Shown: piece by piece, positions 15,467-22,824 of the stretch
How the letters are laid out: each line of letters begins with the position of its first letter
Numbering within the stretch: the first letter of the stretch is position 1
Source: a bacterium
GTDB lineage: Bacteria; Patescibacteriota; Minisyncoccia; Minisyncoccales; CG1-02-41-26
Assembly (NCBI GenBank): GCA_030619905.1
Contig: JAUXAO010000002.1
Location: 129,193 to 193,192, forward strand
Reading direction: 5' to 3'
DNA length: 64,000 nucleotides
Notes under the pieces: generated by a model
Databases searched by the model: none
Told to the model about the DNA's origin: nothing
Seen by the model: the letters and a program-made list of their open reading frames with translations, nothing else
Program-made: the position numbers and the translations under genes

Positions 15467-15772
15467 TTATAAAAGCTTCCTTTGCCGAAGAGTTTTAGAT
15501 ATCTCCTTAGTTATTTTCTTACCTGAAGATGTCAAACCAAAAGCAGTTTGTGGGGTACCTGTAATCAATTTCCTTTTTCGGAGAGTACGCAGAGGCCGAT
15601 CTAACTTTCTGGCATCAGGCCATTGAGGATGTTTTGAAAAGCAAAATTCCTTAGGGAATAAAGAAAAACATTCTTTAATCAACTCTTGAAAAGTGCACTT
15701 TTTACTGCTCTCGCCAAGAGAGTAAATGGCAAAAAGTATTAGCTCGTTAATAGAATGTTTTAATGTGGGCAT
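15467..15772 (-). CDS. Hypothetical protein
   Basis: ORF 5 nt upstream of the metallopeptidase gene. No motif recognised. Confidence 0.5.
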   Translation of the reverse strand: MPTLKHSINELILFAIYSLGESSKKCTFQELIKECFSLFPKEFCFSKHPQWPDARKLDRPLRTLRKRKLITGTPQTAFGLTSSGKKITKEISKTLRQRKLL

Positions 15773-15868
15773 TATTTAAGAATACAATATTTTTAATCAA
15801 TGGTCAACGAAAAAAAACAAGGGAAGAAAACTAAAATAATATCTATTAAATAGTTTTCTTCCCCCAAT

Positions 15869-16084
15869 CTAGTTTAAATAATATCTATTTATTTCATCTT
15901 GTATTTTATCTTTTTTGAAATGCGACTGAGGCTCTAATATACAAATTTGTCTTCTGGCATCTACCTTCATCTCAACACCATGCTCATATAAATAAAGACA
16001 GTCACTAATCGTTAACTCATTAGCACGAACTTCTTCCTTACCATACCTTCTTACTTTTTCAACAATATTAAAAAGTCCTTTCAT
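15869..16084 (-). CDS. Hypothetical small protein
   Basis: ORF only. Confidence 0.4.
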   Translation of the reverse strand: MKGLFNIVEKVRRYGKEEVRANELTISDCLYLYEHGVEMKVDARRQICILEPQSHFKKDKIQDEINRYYLN

Positions 16085-16214
16085 TTTATTTGTTCCCTTT
16101 CTTAAATTTTTAATTTACAATTTAAATAAATCGTTTTATTAAATTAGCAATGTTTTCAGCTGCTTTTGGTCAACATCAACAAATTTAGCGGAAAAGAATC
16201 TTCGACTAATTATA

Positions 16215-16288
16215 CGGGTCCGCCAGGAATCGAACCTGGAACCGCCGGTTTTGGAGACCGGTGTTCTACCAAATTGAACTACGGACCC
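16215..16288 (-). tRNA. tRNA-Trp (CCA)
   Basis: Hand fold: GGGTCCG/CGGACCC acceptor, anticodon loop CTCCAAA, T arm CCAGG-TTCGATT-CCTGG. CCA is not encoded. Confidence 0.9.
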
Positions 16289-16373
16289 TCGTTTCCTTAT
16301 GCGAGGTATGCTTCCGGCAGAATTTATAGAATTTTTCAGTTAATAAACAAGAACGAACAAAATACTTTTAGAG

Positions 16374-16413
16374 AATGGCTATCTATAACTGTTTGTTATT
16401 ATAGATAGCCATT
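16374..16413 (-). terminator. Perfect 15-bp hairpin overlapping the NUDIX stop codon
   Basis: AATGGCTATCTATAA / TTATAGATAGCCATT with a 10-nt loop. The weak U tract means it may be a processing or stability element rather than a terminator. Confidence 0.45.
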
Positions 16414-16782
16414 TCGACGAAGGAAACAGATTACTTTCTTCGTTATATCACTAATCCTGTAATTTTCTGGTGTTATCGTCCATTGGACTACCTCAATCTC
16501 TGCACTTGGAATTATCTTGCCTTCTATTTCGGCAAGATACACCCTTAAGTAAATGGTATCTCCTTTGTGAGGTGTTATACCGATGAACTCGTCGCCAAGA
16601 CGTCTCAGATTTTTTAAGCTTATTTGAAGCTTCTCTTTGAGTTCTCGCGACAAACACTCTATATCCGATTCCTTAGTTTTTGGCTTTCCTCCTGGTAAAA
16701 TCCATGTTTTCTTTCTCCTGACCAAGAGAATGCAACCATTCCTAATTATTACTGCATTTATCTCCCTTCTCATTAAAATCAT
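16399..16782 (-). CDS. NUDIX-domain protein (degenerate Nudix box)
   Basis: GGKPKTKESDIECLSRELKEKLQI approximates the Nudix box. Confidence 0.68.
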   Translation of the reverse strand: MILMRREINAVIIRNGCILLVRRKKTWILPGGKPKTKESDIECLSRELKEKLQISLKNLRRLGDEFIGITPHKGDTIYLRVYLAEIEGKIIPSAEIEVVQWTITPENYRISDITKKVICFLRRNGYL

Positions 16783-16834
16783 CTCCCTTTCTATTTACTT
16801 AATTAACTTTTTCTAAAAGTATTTTTTAATGATC

Positions 16835-16996
16835 TTATTTCTTCATTTCTTTGTGAATTGTATGTTTTCTACAGAATTTGCAGAATTTTTTCAATTCCAA
16901 CTTTTCCTCAAGGCCTCTTGATTTATTGATAAGATAATTTATTCTTTTACACTCCTGACACTGGAGTCTTATAAGCGGTTTTTTCTTTTTTGCCAT
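16835..16996 (-). CDS. rpmG: 50S ribosomal protein L33
   Basis: [26 protein letters not shown]...[12 protein letters not shown] (two Cys pairs). The track start at 17026 would overlap tRNA-Thr, so the internal ATG at 16996 is used. Confidence 0.9.
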   Translation of the reverse strand: MAKKKKPLIRLQCQECKRINYLINKSRGLEEKLELKKFCKFCRKHTIHKEMKK

Positions 16997-17019
16997 AATT
17001 GTTTGTAAATAATTAAATG

Positions 17020-17092
17020 AGCCCACACGCAGATTTGCACTGCGGACCTCGTTTTTACCAAAAACGTGCTCTTCTACCTGAGCTATATGGGC
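17020..17092 (-). tRNA. tRNA-Thr (GGT)
   Basis: Hand fold: GCCCATA/TGTGGGC acceptor, anticodon loop TTGGTAA. The T loop TGCAAAT has G where U55 is normally found. Confidence 0.82.
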
Positions 17093-17149
17093 AGTAAATA
17101 ATCTTTACTTTTTTTTAAAAGCGACATGATCCACAAATTACAAAGGATT

Positions 17150-17986
17150 TCATGTTTTTTCGTCTATATTTTTATTTAAATATTGTTTAATCCAAGTCTT
17201 AATTTGTAAAAATAATTTCTTATCCGAATATCTGATATGAACTAATCCATATTTCATTTTGCCAATTTTATCTGGTAGAAAATCTTCTCTAACGTAAGAT
17301 TTTATAAATTGGTTTAATGAAATTTTTGTTACTTTATGCCAATATCGTTTCAAAGCTTTGATATCTTGATTTGCATAACAATACAGTAATATCCTTAGAC
17401 GCTTTTTATCTATACCACAAATCTTTCGTAGAAATTCAAGAAAAAGTTGAATCATTAGAGGATCACTATTTGCAAGATCAACTGTGGCACCCCGATTTTG
17501 TCTGGCTAAATTTTTACTACCTTCCGCCCAATATAACATAATCCCAGCGATTTTAAGTTTTTCTTCCTTCGGAGTTAAATACTTTTTCAAATGATAGGAA
17601 GGATCTTGTCTGACATACGCAATATTATTTGTTTCAGCTGCAGATCTTCGTACCAAACCATACCTCCTCATAAATTTATATATACTCGTTGCGGATCTTC
17701 CAAAAAATTCACCTATTTGTCGAGCACTATATCCTTTTTTATAATACAAACTTTTAACTTTCTCGAGGATTATTTTTTTCCCAGCTTTGTATGATGGAAC
17801 AAGTTTAACATTGTTATGCCGATTCCAATATCCATAATAGCAACTCTCGCTTCGCGATCGCCGAGGAATATTATACTTCTCCATCCAATATTTTACCGTA
17901 TAATATGACCACCTTCTCTTTTCTGCTATTTCCATCATCGATAAACCATTCTGATATAGTTTTTTTAATTTTTCTTTTGGTAACAT
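17150..17986 (-). CDS. Free-standing homing-endonuclease-like protein (two HTH repeats plus a LAGLIDADG-like domain)
   Basis: Repeats LYQNGLSMMEIAEKRRWSYYTVKYWMEKYNIPRR and LYYKKGYSARQIGEFFGRSATSIYKFMRRYGLVRR. IAGIMLYWAEGSK...VDLANSDPLMIQLFLEFL resembles LAGLIDADG endonucleases. The ATG at 17986 directly abuts tRNA-Tyr. Confidence 0.55.
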   Translation of the reverse strand: MLPKEKLKKLYQNGLSMMEIAEKRRWSYYTVKYWMEKYNIPRRSRSESCYYGYWNRHNNVKLVPSYKAGKKIILEKVKSLYYKKGYSARQIGEFFGRSATSIYKFMRRYGLVRRSAAETNNIAYVRQDPSYHLKKYLTPKEEKLKIAGIMLYWAEGSKNLARQNRGATVDLANSDPLMIQLFLEFLRKICGIDKKRLRILLYCYANQDIKALKRYWHKVTKISLNQFIKSYVREDFLPDKIGKMKYGLVHIRYSDKKLFLQIKTWIKQYLNKNIDEKT

Positions 17987-18070
17987 TGGGCGTGGGTGGA
18001 GTCGAACCACCTGGGCTCAGAGAGCTTTGGTTTTACAGACCAACCCCGCGCCGTACGGGACTACACACCC
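17987..18070 (-). tRNA. tRNA-Tyr (GTA), class II long variable arm
   Basis: GGGTGTG/CACGCCC acceptor, anticodon loop CTGTAAA, long variable arm, T arm GGTGG-TTCGACT-CCACC. The D region folds non-canonically by hand. No CCA is encoded. Confidence 0.8.
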
Positions 18071-18105
18071 TTGCTATTTCTATAATTTTACCAAAAAATC
18101 CTCTT

Positions 18106-18771
18106 TTATTCAATAATCCTGCTGTGTTTTTCACGCCATTGCTCAATTTTTTTATGATCACCGGATAAAAGAACTTTTGGCACCCGCCATCGAGCCCCTT
18201 TTTGAGGCTCAAATACTTCTGGTCTTGTATATTGAGGATATTCTATAAAACCCTTTTTCTTGGTAATTCTCTGTTTCAATAGTTCTGATTTTCCAATAAC
18301 TCCGGGAATTAACCTGGCAACCGTCTCAATAACAGTTAAAGCAGGTAAATCACCTCCCATTAAGACATAATCCCCTATTGAAATCTTTTCATCGGCAATA
18401 TATTTTGCCACTCTTTCGTCTACTCCTTCATACCTTCCAGAAATTAGAATTAACCTGTCTAGTTTGGCAAATTTAGTAGCCATTTTTTGATTAAATTTCT
18501 TTCCGCGAGGAGTAAAAAAAATGACTTTTGTTTTTCTTTTCTGTTTTCTCAAAGATCTTACTGCCTTGTAAATTGGTTCAAGTTTAAGCACCATGCCCCT
18601 GCCTCCGCCAAAAGGCTTGTCATCAACCGTTTTATGCTTATCCGAGCTAAAATCTCTAAGATCTAAGATATTAATCTTTAAAACTTTCTTTTTACAAGCT
18701 TTCTTGATAAGGGATTGCTTAAAATAAGTTCTAAAAACTTCGGGAAATAAAGTTATAACGTCAAAAATCAT
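18106..18771 (-). CDS. trmD: tRNA (guanine37-N1)-methyltransferase
   Basis: MIFDVITLFPEVF..., DDKPFGGGRGMVL, SGRYEGVDERV. The likely start is the internal ATG at 18771. Confidence 0.9.
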   Translation of the reverse strand: MIFDVITLFPEVFRTYFKQSLIKKACKKKVLKINILDLRDFSSDKHKTVDDKPFGGGRGMVLKLEPIYKAVRSLRKQKRKTKVIFFTPRGKKFNQKMATKFAKLDRLILISGRYEGVDERVAKYIADEKISIGDYVLMGGDLPALTVIETVARLIPGVIGKSELLKQRITKKKGFIEYPQYTRPEVFEPQKGARWRVPKVLLSGDHKKIEQWREKHSRIIE

Positions 18772-18842
18772 AAATATAATACGAAAAAACGGCACCGCTT
18801 TTTCATAGTAGCACCGCTTTCTCTATATGTAAACCTTTAAAC

Positions 18843-19166
18843 TTAAAGATCTAAGTTCTCCAGATCGCTTTCTTTCTTTGGAGCAGGAGCCTTTTTCGCC
18901 TCAGCTGCTCTGCCTTCTGGCTCTTCAATCTTTAAGTTAACACGAGCATGATTCTTAAGACCTACAATTCTGATAAGGTTCCTTATTGCTCGAGCAGTTG
19001 AACCAGCCTTTCCGATAATCTGACCCATATCTTCAGGGTGGACTTTTAAACTGAGTAAAACACCCATTTCGTCAACTTTTCTGTCAACTTTTACATCTTC
19101 AGGATGGTCAACTAGGCCTTTGATAATGTATTCAAGAAACTCTTTATCACTAGTTGCTTTTGCCAT
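18843..19166 (-). CDS. KH-domain RNA-binding protein (YlqC/UPF0109-like)
   Basis: GQIIGKAGSTARAIRNLI (GxxG KH motif). Classic position between rpsP and trmD. Confidence 0.8.
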   Translation of the reverse strand: MAKATSDKEFLEYIIKGLVDHPEDVKVDRKVDEMGVLLSLKVHPEDMGQIIGKAGSTARAIRNLIRIVGLKNHARVNLKIEEPEGRAAEAKKAPAPKKESDLENLDL

Positions 19167-19306
19167 AATATTAATCTTAAACAAGTAAAATTCTTCCGAC
19201 CTTTAATTCTGCGATTCTCTCTTTCTGAAATCTAGAGAATCATTTATTTTTGCCTGGTTTTACCAAGCTGTCTCTTATTCTACTCTTTTTTTTAAATATG
19301 TCAAGG

Positions 19307-19930
19307 TTATTTGATATTTTCTTCCTTTTCTTCTTTAACTTTTTCTTTCTTCGGCTCTTCCTCCACCTTCTCTTTTTTCTCCTTTGGTTTCTCTTCCGCT
19401 TTTTCTTCTTTTTTCTCTGGTTCGCTTTCTTTTATCTGGGGCTTCTCTTCTTTTTTCTCAGATTCTCCCCTTATTTCTTCTTTTGGTTTTTCTTCTGGTT
19501 TTTCTGTCTTTTTCTCCTCCTTTTCTTTTTTAGACTCTTCTGGAACTTCTTTTTTAACTTCTTCTTTTACTTCCTTTTTCTCTTCTGCTTCCTTTTTAGG
19601 CTCCTCTTTTGTTTGCACTTTCTTTTCTTCCTTGGGTTTTTTTTCAGCTTTCTTTTTTTTCTTGGCTTTTTTGTGAACAGCTATTTTTTTGCCTTCAATA
19701 ACCTTCTCATCTATTAATAAATTATGAACCCTGTCTGATGTTTGAGCACCAACGCTAAGCCAATATTTGATTCTTTCTTTTTTAAAACCTTTTTCTTTAG
19801 TTAAGGGATTAAAAAAACCAAGGATTTCTAAAAACCTCCCTCCTTTTGGAGAATTTCTTTTATCAGTCACTACAATTCTAAAAAATGGCTGATTTTTTTT
19901 ACCTCTTCTTATTAAACGAATAACTATCAT
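19307..19930 (-). CDS. rpsP: 30S ribosomal protein S16 with a roughly 120-aa Lys/Glu-rich C-terminal extension
   Basis: MIVIRLIRRGKKNQPFFRIVVTDKRNSPKGGRFLEILGFFNPL, then a KKEEKP-type low-complexity tail. Confidence 0.9.
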   Translation of the reverse strand: MIVIRLIRRGKKNQPFFRIVVTDKRNSPKGGRFLEILGFFNPLTKEKGFKKERIKYWLSVGAQTSDRVHNLLIDEKVIEGKKIAVHKKAKKKKKAEKKPKEEKKVQTKEEPKKEAEEKKEVKEEVKKEVPEESKKEKEEKKTEKPEEKPKEEIRGESEKKEEKPQIKESEPEKKEEKAEEKPKEKKEKVEEEPKKEKVKEEKEENIK

Positions 19931-19934
19931 ATTT

Positions 19935-20621
19935 TTACCAATTTTTTACTTTAAGAGCGTTCCGGGCAGCTGCTTCTTCTGCTTCTTGCTTTGAAGAACC
20001 AGTGCCGGTCGCTATTAATTTGTTTTCCAATAAAACACCGATGGTAAAATGCTTAGCATGGTCAGGGCCATGTTCCTCTAAAACCTTGTACTCTGGTGTG
20101 ATTCTTATTTCTTTCTGAGACATTTCCTGGAAAAATGATTTTGCATCCCTGGAAAGACCATTTTCAATAATATAGGATAATTTTTTAATAAGGTATTTTT
20201 CAATAAAATCTTGGACAGCGTCGAAACTTTGATCAAGGTATAATGCTCCCAAAAAGGCCTCAAAAGCATTAGCTAAAATAGACTGTCTAGCTTTTCCGGT
20301 GTCTTTGGCTTCGCCTCGGCTAAGTAAAACATAATCATTAAAGCCAATCTCTTCAGATATTTCAGCTAAACTCTGGGAATTAACTAAAGCAGCTCGCCAG
20401 TTAGTCAGTTGACCCTCTGATTCTTGGTAATTTTTGTAAAGATATCCTGTAACTACTAATTCTAAAACTGCATCTCCTAAAAATTCAAGCCTTTCATTGT
20501 TTTCCAGACCACATTTAGGATTTTCATTCAAATAGGAACGATGACAAAATGCCTGTATAAGTAAATCCTTGTTCTTAAATTTTAATTCTAATTTTTTTTC
20601 AAGTTTTGAAAAATCTTTCAC
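19935..20621 (-). CDS. rnc: Ribonuclease III
   Basis: NERLEFLGDAVLE signature and a C-terminal dsRBD (GSSKQEAEEAAARNAL). Confidence 0.92.
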   Translation of the reverse strand: MKDFSKLEKKLELKFKNKDLLIQAFCHRSYLNENPKCGLENNERLEFLGDAVLELVVTGYLYKNYQESEGQLTNWRAALVNSQSLAEISEEIGFNDYVLLSRGEAKDTGKARQSILANAFEAFLGALYLDQSFDAVQDFIEKYLIKKLSYIIENGLSRDAKSFFQEMSQKEIRITPEYKVLEEHGPDHAKHFTIGVLLENKLIATGTGSSKQEAEEAAARNALKVKNW

Positions 20622-20685
20622 AATTTACGAAAAATAAAGCCTAAAATATGAAACATCTGATTCAATTAATCTTATGTTTCAAATT

Positions 20686-21114
20686 TCAAGTTTCAAGTTT
20701 CAAGTTTTTAAATACTGTTCCTAAAACTCCGTTAACGAACTTTCCGGAATTTTCTCCCCCGAAATTCTTAGCCAACTCAATTGCTTCATTTATGGCTACT
20801 TTTGGAGGAACTTCTTTTTTCTCTGCATAGAAAAGCTCAAAAAGACCTATCCTTAAAACATTTCTGTCAATAATGCTTATCTGTTCAATCGGTCGTTCAG
20901 GAGCTGAAACCCGAATAACCTCGTCGATCTTAGATAGATTTTTTAATATTCCTTTTGCTAATTTTTCAATAAAATCCAAGTCTTCAATGTCAGGACCGAA
21001 CTTCTCAATATTCCTTTCCAATATCTTGTTTAAATCTTCTTTCTTCTCAGTATAAAAATCCCATTCATAAAGAGATTGTAAAATAATTGAACGAGCAAGA
21101 TGTCGTGAAGCCAT
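20686..21114 (-). CDS. nusB: Transcription antitermination factor NusB
   Basis: [18 protein letters not shown] and [26 protein letters not shown]. Confidence 0.85.
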   Translation of the reverse strand: MASRHLARSIILQSLYEWDFYTEKKEDLNKILERNIEKFGPDIEDLDFIEKLAKGILKNLSKIDEVIRVSAPERPIEQISIIDRNVLRIGLFELFYAEKKEVPPKVAINEAIELAKNFGGENSGKFVNGVLGTVFKNLKLET

Positions 21115-21118
21115 GTTT

Positions 21119-21412
21119 TTAAAACTTTTTCTTTGAAAGTTCTTCTAAAGTTAAAGGTTTCTCCTGTTTTCTCTCAACCTTTTCTTTTTCTTTAATTTCT
21201 TTTTCTCTTTTCTTTCGTTCTTTTTTCTCTAATTTGGCTAAAACATTAACAACTTCTACTCCCTTATAATACCCGCAATTGGGACAAATGACATGAGGAG
21301 GCTTTGGTTTCCCGCAATGAGAACAAAGAATTAATTTCTGGGCTCTTAAAAAAATATGCATCCTCTTCTGGTCTCTCGCCGATTTAGTTGTATGTTTCTT
21401 CGGTACAGCCAT
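21119..21412 (-). CDS. rpmF: 50S ribosomal protein L32 with a Lys/Glu-rich tail
   Basis: [19 protein letters not shown] and the zinc ribbon [18 protein letters not shown]. Start taken at the internal ATG 21412. Confidence 0.85.
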   Translation of the reverse strand: MAVPKKHTTKSARDQKRMHIFLRAQKLILCSHCGKPKPPHVICPNCGYYKGVEVVNVLAKLEKKERKKREKEIKEKEKVERKQEKPLTLEELSKKKF

Positions 21413-21435
21413 ATAAAACAATTTATCATATAAAA

Positions 21436-22083
21436 CTAAATTTTACAATAGTTTTTCATTGGGCTAAAACTTTTTCGGTGTATTTTGCAGGGACCATATT
21501 TTCTCAGCATTTTAAAATGTAATCTTGTTCCATAACCCTTGTGTTTGTCAAATCTATATTTGGGATACTGCTTATGGTATCTTAACATAGATTTATCCCT
21601 ACTCACTTTAGCTATGATTGAAGCAAGTTTTATTAAAAAAACCTTTTCATCTCCTTTTACTATGGATTTCTGAGAAATGTCTGAATTAATACTAAAATTC
21701 CCATCTATTAATAAAAAATCAATTTTTACATTTTGTTTCTTGTTTTTTGATATTAGATTATCAATTGCTCTTTTCATTGCTAATTTTGTTGCCTGAAAAA
21801 CGTTTATTTTGTCAATTATTTTTTCTGAAACTCTGCCTATCCCCCACTCAACCCCTGATAAATTTCTTAATATTCTAAAAATCTTTTCTCTTTTCCTGGG
21901 ACTCAATTTTTTAGAATCTTTTAGCTCTTTTGAAAATTGAGAATTGAAAATTGAAAATTTTTGAACACTAACAGCAGCTGCAGTTACCGAGCCACTTAAG
22001 GCTCCTCTTCCAACTTCATCCAGTCCAACAATAATCTTGCACCCTCTTTTTTTTAATCTTTTTTCTAAGGCCGAAATTGACAT
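21436..22083 (-). CDS. rnhB: Ribonuclease HII
   Basis: VGLDEVGRGALSGSVTAAAV, DSKKLSPRKRE. Confidence 0.9.
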   Translation of the reverse strand: MSISALEKRLKKRGCKIIVGLDEVGRGALSGSVTAAAVSVQKFSIFNSQFSKELKDSKKLSPRKREKIFRILRNLSGVEWGIGRVSEKIIDKINVFQATKLAMKRAIDNLISKNKKQNVKIDFLLIDGNFSINSDISQKSIVKGDEKVFLIKLASIIAKVSRDKSMLRYHKQYPKYRFDKHKGYGTRLHFKMLRKYGPCKIHRKSFSPMKNYCKI

Positions 22084-22145
22084 ATTGTTTAATTTTGAGA
22101 AATTGAGTTATAATATTATAATACAATAATATCAAATATAAGAAT

Positions 22146-22817
22146 ATGGAGGATAAAAATATTTTATCTCAAGATGAAATAGAAAAAGAAATTCAACTCT
22201 CCGAAATGCAAGAAAGATCTGCTAATTTCAGAGGGAAAGTTCTTCCTAATCTTTCTTTCCACGGACGAAATCTTAAAATAGGATTAGATCTTGAATCAGC
22301 AATAATTTTAGGCTCTTTTTTCTTAGAAAATACTTCTATAAGAGGAGATTTAAACTTAAATAGAATAATTATAAAAGGAGTTTTTTACTTCGGTTCAAGT
22401 AATTTAGATGGTGATTTAAATTTCCAAGATGGAAATGTAAAAGGAATAGTGAATCTGGTGGGAAGTAAGATAGAGGGTAATTTAAACTTTCAGGGTTTAA
22501 ACATAGATGGATTTTTGAGTCTAGCAAAAACAAAAGTGAAAGGAAATCTGAATTTTGAAAAAATAAAAGTTAGCGATTCTTATAATGCTGGTTTAGTTAT
22601 TAAGGGTGATGTTTATTTGAGAAATACATTGATAAATGGTTACTTGAACATGGAAAAAGGATCAATTGAAGGTTCTTTAGATTTTTCCAACGCTTTAATT
22701 GCAAAAGAAGTAAATTTAAAAAACGTTAGAATTAAAGAATCTTTAATTCTGAAACAAGCAAAAATTCAAGGAAAGTTGATTGACGAAGAAATAAAATATA
22801 AACATATAATAAGATAA
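22146..22817 (+). CDS. Repeat (pentapeptide/beta-helix-like) protein
   Basis: ANFRGKVLPNLSFHGRNL, followed by roughly 20-aa repeats of the type xIxGxLNFxxxxVxG. Confidence 0.5.
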   Translation: MEDKNILSQDEIEKEIQLSEMQERSANFRGKVLPNLSFHGRNLKIGLDLESAIILGSFFLENTSIRGDLNLNRIIIKGVFYFGSSNLDGDLNFQDGNVKGIVNLVGSKIEGNLNFQGLNIDGFLSLAKTKVKGNLNFEKIKVSDSYNAGLVIKGDVYLRNTLINGYLNMEKGSIEGSLDFSNALIAKEVNLKNVRIKESLILKQAKIQGKLIDEEIKYKHIIR

Positions 22818-22824
22818 ATTCCAC

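Noticed and set aside
16166-16408. 80-aa plus-strand ORF
   Set aside because: It overlaps tRNA-Trp (16215-16288) on the opposite strand and has no motif.
17905-18168. 87-aa plus-strand ORF
   Set aside because: It overlaps tRNA-Tyr and the 3' end of trmD, so it is spurious.
19250-19717. Long plus-strand ORFs (155 aa and 121 aa), rich in Phe/Leu/Ser, opposite the S16 tail
   Set aside because: They are the antisense reading of the Lys/Glu-rich low-complexity tract of rpsP. The minus-strand frame has a clear S16 domain.
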